A stretch of DNA of 64,000 bases, from NCBI GenBank assembly GCA_951406725.2, contig OX597821.1:30690001-30754000 (forward strand), given 5' to 3'. The translations under genes and the position numbers were made by a program. The notes under the pieces are model-generated. The model searched no databases, was not told where the DNA came from, and saw only the letters and a program-made list of their open reading frames with translations. Origin of the DNA: Octopus vulgaris (taxonomy: Eukaryota). Every line of letters starts with the position of its first letter. Positions within the stretch are counted from its first letter, which is position 1. This document shows positions 41,384 to 54,794 of this stretch, in pieces.

Positions 41384-41738
41384 ACATATACATATATACA
41401 CATACATATATACATACAGTTTAAATTCAACTAACATAGAATGATTTTCCATTTACTAGCATTGCCTATAATTTTGAGAACAAGGAGATTTCCACATCGT
41501 TTAATAGCGCCAATTTCCTAAAGTACACCAGTAACATAAGAAAAAGTATACCACGTGAACGCTGAGAGGACTTCGTGGTCGACTATTTTTCTCTCTATCC
41601 TTTTCCTTTCGCTCGTTCTGTGTGTCCTTTCTCTCTCGCTTCCGCTTCAATCGCCTTCATTTCGTGTAGTTTTAAAAATCTACATTAATTTTGAAGAAGG
41701 TAGCCCATTGATTAGAAGAAATTTTCAATGAGGAAAAC

Positions 41739-41782
<44 letters not shown>

Positions 41783-41785
<3 letters not shown>

Positions 41786-42000
41786 GAAAATGGTAAAAGT
41801 GAAAAAAACTACAGAAGGCTTGTTTTAAAAGGTTAAAAAATATATATTTGAGTCATTATGTCTGAAAAATGTTATAATTTTTTTTTCCATACTATGTCAT
41901 TGTATGGAAAAAAAAAATTATGATATTCTTCAGACTCAAATATATATTTTTTAACCTTTAAAACAAGCCTTCTCTAGTAGTTTTTTCACTTTTTACTATT

Positions 42001-42006
<6 letters not shown>
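41783..42006. repeat. Near-perfect ~220 bp palindrome between (TA)n tracts
   Basis: atagaaaat..agaaggcttgtttt..tttgagtc..ccatactatg pairs with cattgtatgg..gactcaaa..aaacaagccttct..attttctat; centre near 41897. Confidence 0.9.
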
Positions 42007-42061
<55 letters not shown>

Positions 42062-43254
42062 CAAATAGGTGGTGCTATTAAGTTAGACATGGCCTGGGCC
42101 AATAATGGCCGAAACCTATCAAAGTATCAAAGTATCAAAGTATATATGTATGTATATACATATATATATGTATGTATATGTATATGTGTGTGTTTGTGAC
42201 TGTGTCTGTGTGTGTATGTTTATATATGCATATATATGTCTCTGTGTATATGTATGTTATGCATATACGTATATATGTATGTCATTGTTTAGTTTTATTT
42301 CAAGATGTTTGCCAATGTATGTATGTGTGTATATATAAGCCACGTTTATTCTTACAAACAACTTACTATGAAGGCTGAGGTGAATGTGTAGCAGAAGAGA
42401 GCGGTCGTACGTATGTTCATGAAATCTGTTTCATCCGTACGTATGTTTATGAAATCTAGAAGTGTAGGACTGCTTTATAGACAGCAAATGTGAAAATCAT
42501 AAGGAAATATTTTAATAGAATTGAAATCAATAGCCTGATAATTAGCTAACCTGGAAATGTTATGGAAGTGTTTTATGTTTATTGGCTTCGTAAATTGACT
42601 ATAAAAGCGCACTTGTTTGAGTTTGCAAGAGTCATATTATGTAGGGCAATCAAGTAACCAAGACCTGCTATTAAGCGTAATTATATTCACATACCAAAAT
42701 GCTTGACTTCAATTTTCTAAATATAAATTCTTGACGTTATATCCTAAAGTAACCTTTTAGGCTACGAATTCTCGTTCCTATGATAATTAGACAAAGAATT
42801 ATTCCCAGCACAGCGCATGACCGGAAGCAACTCCTTACGTTGAAAATATGTAGGAAATACATTGCATTTATTTGAAGATGTAAGTCGATGTGGCAGCTGG
42901 CTATAAACCACTCAAGCAATAATTGTAGGTTTCCTTAAAGCTTTTCCTTTTGGCACTTAATCATAGAACAAATGCATTCTCCACATGCGCACTTAGCCTT
43001 TTTATTTTTTGAGACAGAACCTGTAGGGATATATTCATATATGAGTGTTCTCTGTAGATGTTACTTCTAGTGCGAAAAATAGCTATTTAGAGACGGCTTA
43101 ACGATCAGAGAGAGAGTTTCTTTCTACAGTTTTATGTGCGAGAAAAAACAAACAAAAAGAAAACACAAAATAATTTATGAATGCTTTCCTTTTCTATTTT
43201 TTAATGAATTTTTGGCTAAAATAAATCAATGGCCTAGTGTTGGATTTGTAGATT

Positions 43255-43655
43255 TGTATAGTGTGGTAAGTAGCTTGCTTACGAACCACATGGTTCCGGG
43301 TTCAGTCCCACTACTTGGCACCTTGGGCAAGTGTCTTCTACTGTAGCCTCGGGCCGACCGAAGCCTTGTGAGTGGATTTGGTAGACGGAAACTGAAAGAA
43401 GCCCGTCGTATATATGTATATATGTATATATATTATATGTGTACGTGTGTATATGTTTGTGTGTCTGTGTTTGTCCACCCCAACATTGTTTGACAACCGA
43501 TGCTAGTGTGCTTACGTCCCCGTAAATTAGCGGTTCGGTAAAAGAGACCGATAGAATAAGTACTAGGCTTACAAAGAATATGTCCTGGGGTCGATTTGCT
43601 CGACTAAAGGCCCGTGCTCCAGCATGGTCACATGACTGAAACAAGTAAAAGAGTA
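43255..43655 (+). mobile_element. tRNA-derived SINE (family B)
   Basis: Head gtgtggtaagtagcttg...gggttcagtccc with a B-box-like motif, core ccttgggcaagtgtcttcta, tail gcatgg..catgactgaaacaagtaaaa. Confidence 0.9.
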
Positions 43656-43867
43656 CAAATAAGTGTACAGCAGTTATTAGTTTTCAATCTACTGCTGTAG
43701 CATGACTGATATATCCACTAAATTGCAGCTGATTGTCATACTGACGTGTCGACTCACGTTAACTGAAACGCACCACCATTCATCAAATCATTCCAGTCAT
43801 AACCATTTCATCCATATACAGAACTATGCTGTTCAATGTTTCGTATTCAGTTAGAATTTATTCGTAT

Positions 43868-44090
43868 GTTCTTTTTCTTATTTCTGTCATTTGACTGCGG
43901 CCATGCTGCAGCACTGACTTAAATGTTTTATTTTTAGACGAAGATATCGACCACAGAACTTACGCTTTGTAGGGCTAGTACGTAGTCTATCGGTCCCTTT
44001 TGCTGATCCGTTAGCTTACGGGACGTAAAAACACCGACATCGGTGGTCAAGGGATGGTGTGGGGACAAAAAGACACAAAGACATAAGTGT
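43868..44090 (-). mobile_element. SINE family B, 3' half
   Basis: Reverse complement of the family B tail (tcatttgactgcggccatgctg...ttacgggacgtaa). Confidence 0.8.
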
Positions 44091-44102
44091 ACAGAAATAT
44101 TA

Positions 44103-44489
44103 GGTGCAGCAGGATCGGCTGTGCGGCAACGAGCATGCGTTCCAGCCACATGTTTCTGGGTTCTGTCCAACTACGTGGGACCTCGGGCAAGTGTATTTTA
44201 CTTTAGCCTCTGGTCGACAAAAGCCTTGTAAGTGGATTTGGCAGACGGAAACTGAAAGACGCCCATCGTATATATATATGTACATATTTGTGTATGTCTG
44301 TCTTTGTGTCTATGTTTGTCTCCCCCTCACTCCTTGTCAACTGGTGTTGATGTGTTTACATCCCCGTAACTTAGCGTTTTGGCAAAAGCGCACGATAAAA
44401 TATGTACTGGGTTCGAGTTTTCCAACTAAAAATCTGTCAAGGCGGTGCTCCGACATGGCTGCAGTCAAATAACTGAATCAAGTAAAAGA

Positions 44490-44490
<1 letters not shown>
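44103..44490 (+). mobile_element. SINE family B
   Basis: Colinear with 43255-43655. Confidence 0.85.
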
Positions 44491-44581
<91 letters not shown>

Positions 44582-44583
<2 letters not shown>

Positions 44584-44732
44584 GACGGATTTCTTTGATT
44601 TTCCCATCACAAAGATTTGGTCGTTCCGAAAACATGGTAGAAGGCATTTGCCCAAGGTACTACACAGTGAAACTGAACCCGGAATTATGCGGTTAGGAAG
44701 CAAGCTTCTTACCACACAAACACGCCGGCGCC
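44582..44732 (-). mobile_element. SINE family B, 5' half
   Basis: Reverse complement of the family B head (gcccaaggt...actgaacccgga...cttaccacac). Confidence 0.75.
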
Positions 44733-44994
44733 TATTTGGTCACTTCTTTCTTAAATATATTGTGTATCTCACCACATGTCTTTCAAGTGATTTCAGATTA
44801 ACTTATGAGGCGGATGACGAACCCGTGACAGCTGGTTCTCACATGTATCAGCTATAATCTGCGATTTGTTTCGTTTATGATGTAAAAAATACATATAAAA
44901 AATGTGGACCATCATTGCTGAAAATATTTTATAGATTTGCCCTACAAGAGAGTAAATCAATCTGAGGCATTTCGATAATCAGGACATTATCTAC

Positions 44995-45285
44995 TCTAGG
45001 CACACGGCCCGAAGTTTTTGAGGATGGGGGCCAGTCGATTAGGTCAACCCCAGTACGCAAAATGTACTTAATTTATGGATCCCGAAAGGATGAGAGTCAA
45101 AGTCGACATCGGCGGAATTTGAACTCAGAACGCAAAAACAGATGAAATACCTATTTCTCTATTACCCACAAGGGGCTAAATATAGAGTGGACAAACAAGG
45201 ACAGACATAGGTATTAAGTGCGAATCTGGTATTTAATTTATCGACCGCGAAATGATGAAAGGCAAAGGCCCGGCGTGCTAAAGTT
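44995..45285 (-). mobile_element. SINE family A dimer (two units)
   Basis: Two family A cores joined by gaaatacctatttct, the reverse complement of the junction seen in the 21838-22600 array. Confidence 0.8.
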
Positions 45286-46195
45286 CGAGGATATAGAAAA
45301 TAGCATTGTCACGTGGTGGTTCAATTCAGAAGTAAGTCGAAGGTGTGGTACAGTCTTCAAGAACATTGGTAAAATGTTTTCAACTGTCGCCCTCGGGGTG
45401 GAATATGGTAGAGAGAAATGTACAGAATCCTCTGATATATATTTCTATGTATGTATATGTATACATGTGTGTGTGTAGGTGTATATATATATAATGTATG
45501 CATGCAAATAGAAATGTACAGGTGTATAGACGTGGTTTTGGGCGTGAGTGCGTGGATGGATGGATGTGTGTGAATATACGAGTGTATGTTTCTACAGATC
45601 TTGGTCTTTTATGTGAAGCGATTTAAAACAATTCATTCAGTTGCATTCTCTAACGTTAAAAACGTAACTGAATTATTCGGTAGAGTCTATAAAATAAGTT
45701 ACAGGCTGAAATAAATATTGGGGTCGATATCATCTTTTAAATCCCTTGAAGCCTGTATTCCAGAATGGCCACAGTCCGTAGATTGATATGAATACGCTAT
45801 TCAATTCGAAGTCCATTATCTTTATTCAAAAAGTACTATGGATCTTCCTGGATGCCTGAGTGAATATTTTAGAATATTGATATTAATGGATTTTTCTGAA
45901 GAGATTGACATTAATGGATTTTGCTAAATATATTCCTTGTATTCGGAGAGCTCTCTGATAATGCCTTGGCTAAATGTAGATTTCACATTGTCAACAGCAT
46001 GGCATGGCTGCAGATGCGGAGGAGAATGTTGCATAACATACAGAACTTTTCAATAAAATACATCTCCATAGTCGATTATCATGCTAGTATTTGAAAGCGT
46101 ATATTCCTCAAATCGCACTCTGGAATCTTAGAAATAAAAGGAACCTCACATTCGTTAATACACATTTAGATACGCTAAGTCTTATTAAATATATA

Positions 46196-46430
46196 TATTT
46201 CTTTATTGCCCACAAGGGGCTAAACATAGAGGGGACAAATAAGGACAGACAAAGGAATTAATTCGATTACATCGACGCCAGTGCGTAATTGGCACTTTAT
46301 TTATCGACCCCGGGAGGATGAAAGGCTAAGTCGACCTCGGCGGAATTTGAACTCAGAACGTAACGGCCAGACGAAATACTGCTACGCATTTCGCCCGGCG
46401 CGCTACTGTTTCTGCCAGCTCCCCGCCTTC
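46196..46430 (-). mobile_element. SINE family A, full length with 17 bp TSD
   Basis: TSD gtcttattaaatatata at 46179-46195 and 46431-46447. Confidence 0.92.
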
Positions 46431-46974
46431 GTCTTATTAAATATATACACATATAGTTACGCTACGTCTTGTAAAATTTATTAATTAATTTTGCCGTAAT
46501 ACTCGTGATAATCATCAATCTGTTTGGCTTAGTTGTGTACAAAACCAACAACAGCAGCAGTACTTTTCAACAATTATCAACAGCGAGTTAAGAGGTAGTA
46601 ATATGGGCTGCTCTAAGAAATTATATGATTACGTGTTTCAAACACTGACATGAAATTTTCATGTTTTGGGTCATTCAAATTTTAACGTTGTATAACTAAA
46701 ATTTGTCAACATCTTCCATGCAAATTTTTTTTTGTGTATGACTATAGGGATTCTCCCAACCGAGTTTTAAATTTGTAAATGCTCATTTAGTTATTTCATA
46801 AGTTGTATACATTTCTTAATGTGGATATACGACCGGGAGCCGCAAAACTGCAGTTGTCTTCTGGGGAAAGCTTCTTGTATAGATGTATAGAGCTAAAAAC
46901 CATAGAAGGGAACCAGTAGCAAAACAGATGTCAAGGGAAAAAAAAATTTACTATAAAATTCTTTTCTGTATTCG

Positions 46975-47074
46975 NNNNNNNNNNNNNNNNNNNNNNNNNN
47001 NNNNNNNNNNNNNNNNNNNNNNNNNNNNNNNNNNNNNNNNNNNNNNNNNNNNNNNNNNNNNNNNNNNNNNNNNN
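46975..47074. other. Assembly gap (100 N)
   Basis: Run of exactly 100 N, typical of a scaffold gap of unknown size. Confidence 0.99.
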
Positions 47075-47749
47075 AATCTGAAAACTTCGTGTCAGGAAAC
47101 CTGTTTGAATGTCGATTAAACTGTTCCTCTGTTTAGTGATTTCCCTTAAGACCTCATTCAAGCGCATAATTTATACATGAAGAGGAGTGGGGTTGTATAA
47201 GTGTCCTATGCATAATATGGAAAATGAATAACTTCTAAAAAGAAATCAACAATTCGACAAGAGAATAGGTAGAACAGAAAAATATCACTATGCTAATGTT
47301 GTAATGCACTGCACATTATTTTTCTTCTAGAAACACACATATTTCAAATGAAATCCGAAAGTAGAATAGGGATCTGATAGCACCCCACTGGATGAGGCCA
47401 TAATTAATAACATATATTACAAAACAGCAAAAAGTATGACGGCCGGCTCCCTGGGATATTTATTTCTGGAGATGTTTAGCAGTTGAGAATTACAACCGGA
47501 TGCCCATGTACAAATGAACTGGTGAATCTGAAAAGAAAGAAAGTCACCAGTTCATTTGTTCTCTGTATTCGATAGCATGCCTTTTAACTCAATGTATTAA
47601 CACCCATAAAATTTTCAAGAATTGATTGTATGTCTGCCAGATGAAATCAAACATTTAAGTATTTACAACTTATTAATGATGCAATTATACACTTCACTGA
47701 AGCTGAGTGCTGGACAGTCTTGAATTCGTGCCGAAGTAAAATCAGCCCT

Positions 47750-48612
47750 ACCACACGATATTTTAGGTGATAACAAAAGATACTCTAGCGCGGCAACTGA
47801 TGACAGCACACGGTTGCGTGTGCAGTGAGAGCTGGTAGTAACCATCATGAGGCAGAGTGCCGAGTGACTTGCTATGCTTACGCCGGAAGTTGAGAAATTT
47901 GTGTTTGCCTGATCACGTGTACACTGTAGTCTGCCATTTTGTCATGGACATGAAGCTTGAATAAAGACCCTCCTTGAAATTTTGCATTAAATTTGGGGCG
48001 TCTGCTTCAGAGACCCAGAGACCCCCAAACCCTGAGACGAAACAGCAATCATCACAATTGAAGAGCCTTTCATCTTCACGACCAAAGAAAGCACAATAGA
48101 GCTGCAGCTCAATAAAGACCAAGCTAATCGTTTGCTTTCGATACCCGCGGTATTGTGTACGGAGAATTCACTCCCCAGGGCCAAACTGACCTTTTGAAGC
48201 GTTTGAGGGAGGACATTCGGTGAATGAAACAGGATCTGTTCAGCGCGAAGAATTGGATTATTCACAGCAACAATATTCACTATCACTAAGCTCTCCTCAC
48301 TCGTGAGTTTCTCGACAAAAACCAACATATTATCGCTTCCATACCCAACCTATTCGCCAGGTGTAGCACCTGCCGACTTCAAAGGTCGATGTTTTCACAC
48401 TTTTGTCAAGATCAAGAAACGAATAGCAGGCCGTTTTCAACTCGTTTACGGAAGATGACTTGCAGGCCAGATTCCAAAAGTGTCAGAAACACTGGGACCG
48501 ATGTATTGCGGCGCAATGTGACTATCTAGAAGATGATTCTAAAACTTAAGCAAATAACTTGTTTTTTCTTAAACATAACTTGCCCGGAAACATTTTGATT
48601 CCACCTCATGTG
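47750..48612 (+). mobile_element. Internally deleted mariner remnant
   Basis: Fragments MDMKLE*RPSLKFCIKFGASASET, PETKQQSSQLKSLSSSRPKKA and PYPTYSPGVAPADF (compare YSPDLAPxDF). The right end ccggaaacattttgattccacctc is TIR-like. Confidence 0.8.
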
Positions 48613-49004
48613 GTAATACTTCAGTTCTCGAAATTAAAAGAGGGAGTGAATAGTTTGTCAGTTCAGTGCAGAGAAAAAAGAATATTGTATCGAGGTACAT
48701 ACATACGTACGTCCGTTCGTCCAACCATCCATACGTACGTACATACATACTTACATACATACATAAACTTATACATACTACACGAGATTTGTAACAGTTG
48801 AAATAATTCCGCTCAGTGTTTTTATCATACTTGATAGAATTAGAAACTGAAATACTGAATAGTGTGGGGATATATTTATGTGTATATATATATGTAAATA
48901 TATATGCTCGACTAAAGGTGGTGCTCCGGCATGGCCACAGTCAAATGACTGAAACAAAAGAGTAGAGTAAAGATTAACGCACACACACACACAAACACAC
49001 ACAT

Positions 49005-49050
<46 letters not shown>

Positions 49051-49344
49051 ATATATCTATAGGCATGGAAATACAATCACTCATTTGGAATACGCACCCA
49101 ATTTTGTTATATATATATATACGCAAAAAAGCAGAGCGATAAATTCTAATCCTTCTCGATGCATTCATGTGTGTACTTGTGATATTCAAAGACATCTCTT
49201 CATTTTAATTTATTATTCAGATTTGAAAGTTATGCAATCAAATTTTTATACCATGGAAGAAAAAAATCAGACCAGTTGTTTCTGGAAATACATATATCCT
49301 TCTCTCCTAATTTAATTTAAAGCTTGAAGCATAAAATGTGCTTC

Positions 49345-49469
<125 letters not shown>

Positions 49470-50017
49470 TGTTTGTGTGCGTATGTGCGTGAGTGTGTGT
49501 GTATTCTTTTATATTTCATGTCTTCCCAATGCCTGTGGTGAAACATTATTTTTTAAAATTCTGTTTCTAACGTTAGTTTTTATTTTATTTCAATTTTTTC
49601 GGTTTTGTTTTTTTTTACTCGTTTCCGTATTTAGAATAACGATATTTCGCGAATACACTTATTTTATAAGAAATAAATCGTAGACCAATAGGCAGTTATA
49701 AATATGCACTGGAATTTATGAGCTGCAGCTAAATTAAATAATATCGGCAACCATAAATAGAACATATTCTTCATTCCTACCCAAAACGAATTTATTCGGA
49801 GCATGTTGTTTGCTTTAATGGTGTGCAGGTGGGGCATAGCAAAAAGTATGTAACAGCTACTCTAGTTATATAGTTATGAAAAGTTTTAGACGAATAAATA
49901 TATATATATATATAAAGAGAGAGAGAGAGAGAGAACGAAACTACCCTGTATTTCTGAACTTTTTTTGTGAATTTTATGCATACATATGTGTATATGCTTA
50001 GCTATCTATCTATCTAT

Positions 50018-50102
<85 letters not shown>

Positions 50103-50184
50103 AAATTTTCAGCCCAGAGCTGCGGCCATACTGATGCACATGTGTATGCATATATGTTTATACACACACACACACATACACACA

Positions 50185-50236
<52 letters not shown>

Positions 50237-50329
50237 AACACATATGCATATATATACAAATACATATATATATACATATATGTATATAAACATGCATGTG
50301 CATACATTATATTTACATATCTATAGGGG

Positions 50330-51620
50330 AAAAGTAAAAAGAAAACAAAGTGTACATTATTTATAAAAAATAAAGGCTTTTTAAAGAAAAGCAAAGATAT
50401 ATGAATACATTTAGCTGGTTTGAGGTGCAGTTATGAAGTATAAATGTCACTGTTATGAATAATTATAGTGATTCAAAGTCAAGTTTTTCAGTGCTGTAAT
50501 TATGAAGTTGTGTTTGATGCGTCCTGGGATCTCTTCTTAGTACTTTTTTAGCCAGAAGGTGATAGCCATTTTTGGATCTATAGTGAGCATTGGTAGATTT
50601 TGCACAAAAGTGTTTTATGGTTCATTTTTCGTAGGGCTTTGAATTGATATGTACGGTAGTATATTGAGATGAGGTTTGGTATTTCATTTTGTTTCCCTTA
50701 AGTTTTAATGCTTATTTTCTTGGCACGTTTAATTTCAGCATAAGTGGGGGTGGATAGTGTCTCTCAGTTAGTGCTGTTCTAATATCTTGAAGACGGTGAT
50801 CCCGAGTATTTCCATCGCACACTGTTGTGCCAATCATTTTCGCTAAATTAAAGGGATCTTTTTATGTCTTTCGGGTGTCATGAACTAAATAGATGATATT
50901 GTTTTGAGTCCATTGGTTTTTGATAAGTGTCAGTTACAATTTGTTTATTGACTTTTTTAATCAGAATACCTCAGAAAAGGAGCTGTTCTTTGCTATAATC
51001 CATTGTAAACTGACTATTATGCCTTCTACTATTTAGTATTGATTTAATTAATTCCAATAGATTATAAAGCAATCACTCTGATATCTTTTCCAGTTCTCAC
51101 TTATATAATGTTAAAATGGATATCCATATTTTTACAGTGACACTTCATATGTGGTGAAAACAAATGTTTTCATTATTAGGTCCGCAAGAACATAGTCTGC
51201 TTTCCTTTCTGTCGCAATTACACATTTTCTATGGTAGTAGGTGTCATCAAAAAAGGAAATAATTGCTCTGAAGTATAAAATTTAGAGTTTCAATAATAAA
51301 AACCTGGTTTATGTGTTCCGGAATTTCTTCGGGGCACTTTTCCAGCCTGAATTTTATTGCTTCTATTACATAGTCACGTGGGATATTAGTTTAAAGATAT
51401 ATAACATCGACAGAAACCAATAATGTCTCTTCATTGGTTGTTTAGGTGATTATCCATATCTACATCGAATCTGATGAAGGTTTTGATGTATTTCAGCAAG
51501 TGTTTCAGCAGGGTGTCTCGAAAGTTACTTAGGCAATGGGTTTCACAGGCGGTAATTAGTTAACTTTTTGAATGTGAAACGCATGTATTTTGCAACGGTT
51601 TTCTCTGGGATTTATGTAAG
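50330..51620 (-). mobile_element. Decayed Penelope-like retroelement RT
   Basis: Minus-strand VSVDVIYL*TNIPRDYVIEAI (about 51360-51420) and FNLAKMIGTTVCDGNTRDHRLQDIRTALTERHYPP (about 50745-50855), homologous to the 13440-14950 element. Confidence 0.8.
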
Positions 51621-51954
51621 AGGTAGAAAGAGTTACAGCATCCCAGTAATGAAGAAACCACAGGCATTTGTTACTCTATACAATTAATGGCATTTATCTA
51701 TCTTCAAATGTTGCATTTGTGCTGATCCCCTGGTGATATGCAGAATAAACCCATAAACATGCACACTGACACTGAAGAATATAATTAACATATGGTAACC
51801 CAGTGACGATTCGCAATAGAGTTTTAAGAAATTAGGCAAGGGATTTATTGAACCCACCAATTTATATTATGTAAACTTATTCTTTTCCATCAACTTCCCA
51901 TTTCTTCAAATAAACAATACCCTATATCAATTTTCATATCCAACTTACTTTGAT

Positions 51955-52010
<56 letters not shown>

Positions 52011-52517
52011 AAAATATACTATTTCTTCGTTTTCTTTTATACCAAGATATTTGGTCAACTTGTTTCTTGAACATTTGTTTCTCAATGTTTATTCTTTTTA
52101 GTAATCAAATATAAACACTATTAAATTATAAAGCAATTCATATCAAGAAGCAATCTTTGTAAAATATATATTATTGTGGATGTAATAACTTTGACAGTAA
52201 AATAAACAACTAAATATTTATTTCCTTTTCAATCATGTCGCAGACGAATTGTCTTTTATCTTTGAATGCTTGACTAATTTACTATTACTGCAAAAAGATA
52301 TAATGCGCTAAGCTTGTGGTAGCTGGAAATTAAATTCTGACTCCTCGGGAGATAAATAATTCTACACTACTTTCAGTTCCCATTTCGAGTGATTTTAAGT
52401 TTTGATATAGTGTGTGAAACGAAGGAAAAATATACACACACACAAGCATAGAGATATATTTACACAAACAACTCCCACACACATATAGGTAAATAGATAG
52501 ATAGAGTGGCATACATG

Positions 52518-52570
<53 letters not shown>

Positions 52571-52573
<3 letters not shown>

Positions 52574-52925
52574 TTCAGAAAAATTTAGATTCAAATGAAT
52601 ATGGTACTTAAGGTAGATGCACCAGAATTTTGTATGGTGTTATCCATGGGGTGATTATAATCAAAAATAAATAACAAGAATAACTTCGGTAATTTGGTAC
52701 GATCGTTTCACGCTACATCATTTTATTAAATATTGTATTACAACAGTTTTAAAAAGTTGAGCAATCATCAGTCATTTATAGAGGTTTTTCCATTAATACA
52801 TAATTTTCATATCAAATGATAACATTATAGAGAAGGTAGATATATAGACAAAGGTGTCGATTTAAATTTTAAGAACATTAAGGTAGTAGAGTTCATCTTT
52901 TGACTGAAGAATATTCATTAAGTTA
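52571..52925 (-). mobile_element. Second copy of the 3909-4730 pseudo-LTR family with hammerhead motif
   Basis: Same start after (TA)n (aagttcag.aaaatttagattcaaatg). Minus strand CTGATGA-ttgct...agcgt-GAAAC-gatc-GTA (52691-52777). Confidence 0.75.
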
Positions 52926-54755
52926 AGCTCGGCGGCATTTGAAAACAAAACGCAAATCCGGGGGGAATGTCACTAACCACTTTGTCCAATGTCAGTTCGT
53001 GTTCGATACTCAAATAATAGATGACATGCTTCATTTTGTTTTAATTAGAACGTGAGGAGCACCCTCATAAGAAGCTTATATTTTAACCTCGGAGCGAAAA
53101 TATTTAGCATAAGCACGTGTGTGCAGATTATGCTGCGTACCTCGTCTCCGAATGCAGTCATCGATATCTCATCAGGTGGTGGGGCAGTTAAGTATGTGCT
53201 GCGACTCCTCACACCATAACACAAGAACTGCCCGAGGCTAGCAATTGATGTACCTGAAATGCTCTTGCACAACAGTACGAGAGTTCTTGAGTCAGATGTT
53301 TAAACAGTGGACCAGTCCTTGTCGTATGTATCATCTTCTCTCTTGGTCTTGATGTAATGGCTTGTTTCCTCAGCGACTTCCGACAATATTTTACACCAAG
53401 CATTTGTGTGTCCATAGACATCAAACTGCATCAGTTTCACTGGAATTAAATCCAATCAGAAAAAGAAAGCCTTCCTTCGTCCACATAAAAATCCCCTGCT
53501 TTCCAAGGTTATGTTCGTTATAAATAACCATATGATACTAATCACTGCATTTACAGCGGTCGTATACTCTTTCACTCATTAGCAAGATTTGTAACATGCA
53601 ATATTGATATTCATTTCAGCCCACATAAACATGAAGCCTGTTATGTTAAATCTGTTTTATTTACACAAAGAAAATGATATGTCTTACATTTCAAAATATC
53701 TCCTAAATACTCAATTGTTCATCTTTAATTAAAAATTTAATTAATTAATCCCTGTTGCCAGATAAGATAAACACTAATTATACTAAAATGTGTGAAATAT
53801 AATTCAAATCGCTAGCACACGCATACATGTATTTGTGTTTTACGTACATACATATAAGCACATACACATGTTTAAATCGAATATATTATTTATAAATATA
53901 TGCATATGATACCTACACACATATATCGATATATATATATATATATTTATACACACACACACCAATACATACATGCACTTACACATTTAACCACCACCAC
54001 CCAAAAAACACAAGAAGTATACGTTTTTCGAAATAAATTTCTAAAATCAACATATTAGCGGCACATTGAAGATATCTAAAGCATTGCAAAGATACCTTAT
54101 CTTAGTAAGTGTAAGCAAATTGATGCACACACCTATGTGTGCGTATACGACTACACCAAAATCTACTGCGTTCTTACAAAATCCAGGAACATTCTTTATT
54201 CAAAATGTCTTGTTACATTGTTAGCGTCTGTTTTGAAATCTTTGAAGTGTTGAAATAAAACGCAAAGAATAAACACATCCACAAACATACGCGCTCGCAC
54301 AAACACATACAGATACACATACACACATAAAAACACACACTCACACACTCAGATGCATACACACACTCACACACAGACACACATGCATAAGCATAATAAT
54401 TTAACTTGCAGGAATACTCAGAAAAAAACTCCAGAGTAAGAAGCCAAATGACTAACTCAGATAAGATAGGCATATTCCCAACCACAGATCTACCAATATA
54501 TTTGCTAGCAACTACTTCTCTTACTTCTTTTTATTTCGAGTGCGCTGATGCCTCTATCTTAGTGGTTACTATAAGGAATATCCTCAATCAAAATCTGTAT
54601 CCGAATACAGATGCAGTACTTATACATTACTGTTATTTTCGTATAAAAGTCATATGAGAATTTCTATATTTCTTTTTCAATGTCCTGATATATCTCTTTA
54701 CTTAATAGTATTTTGCGAGTGCGGTGAGTTTTCATCACTAGCTGGTGATTAATAT

Positions 54756-54794
54756 ACGCTGAGGACAAATAACCGCCCAGAAACTCGAGTCCGT
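54756..54794 (+). ncRNA. Hammerhead motif with decayed stem II
   Basis: acg-CTGAGGA-caaataaccgccca-GAAAC-tcga-GTC-cgt, with palindromic stem III ACTCGAGT. Confidence 0.55.

Noticed and set aside
46883-47167. ORFs spanning poly-X
   Set aside because: Artefact of the N gap.
52930-53500. Possible Tc1-like transposase relic on the minus strand (SRPR.., VLWCEES)
   Set aside because: The similarity is too weak and there are no clear paired TIRs.
54406-54657. 83 aa non-repetitive ORF
   Set aside because: It has a non-ATG start, no recognisable domain, and a length expected by chance.
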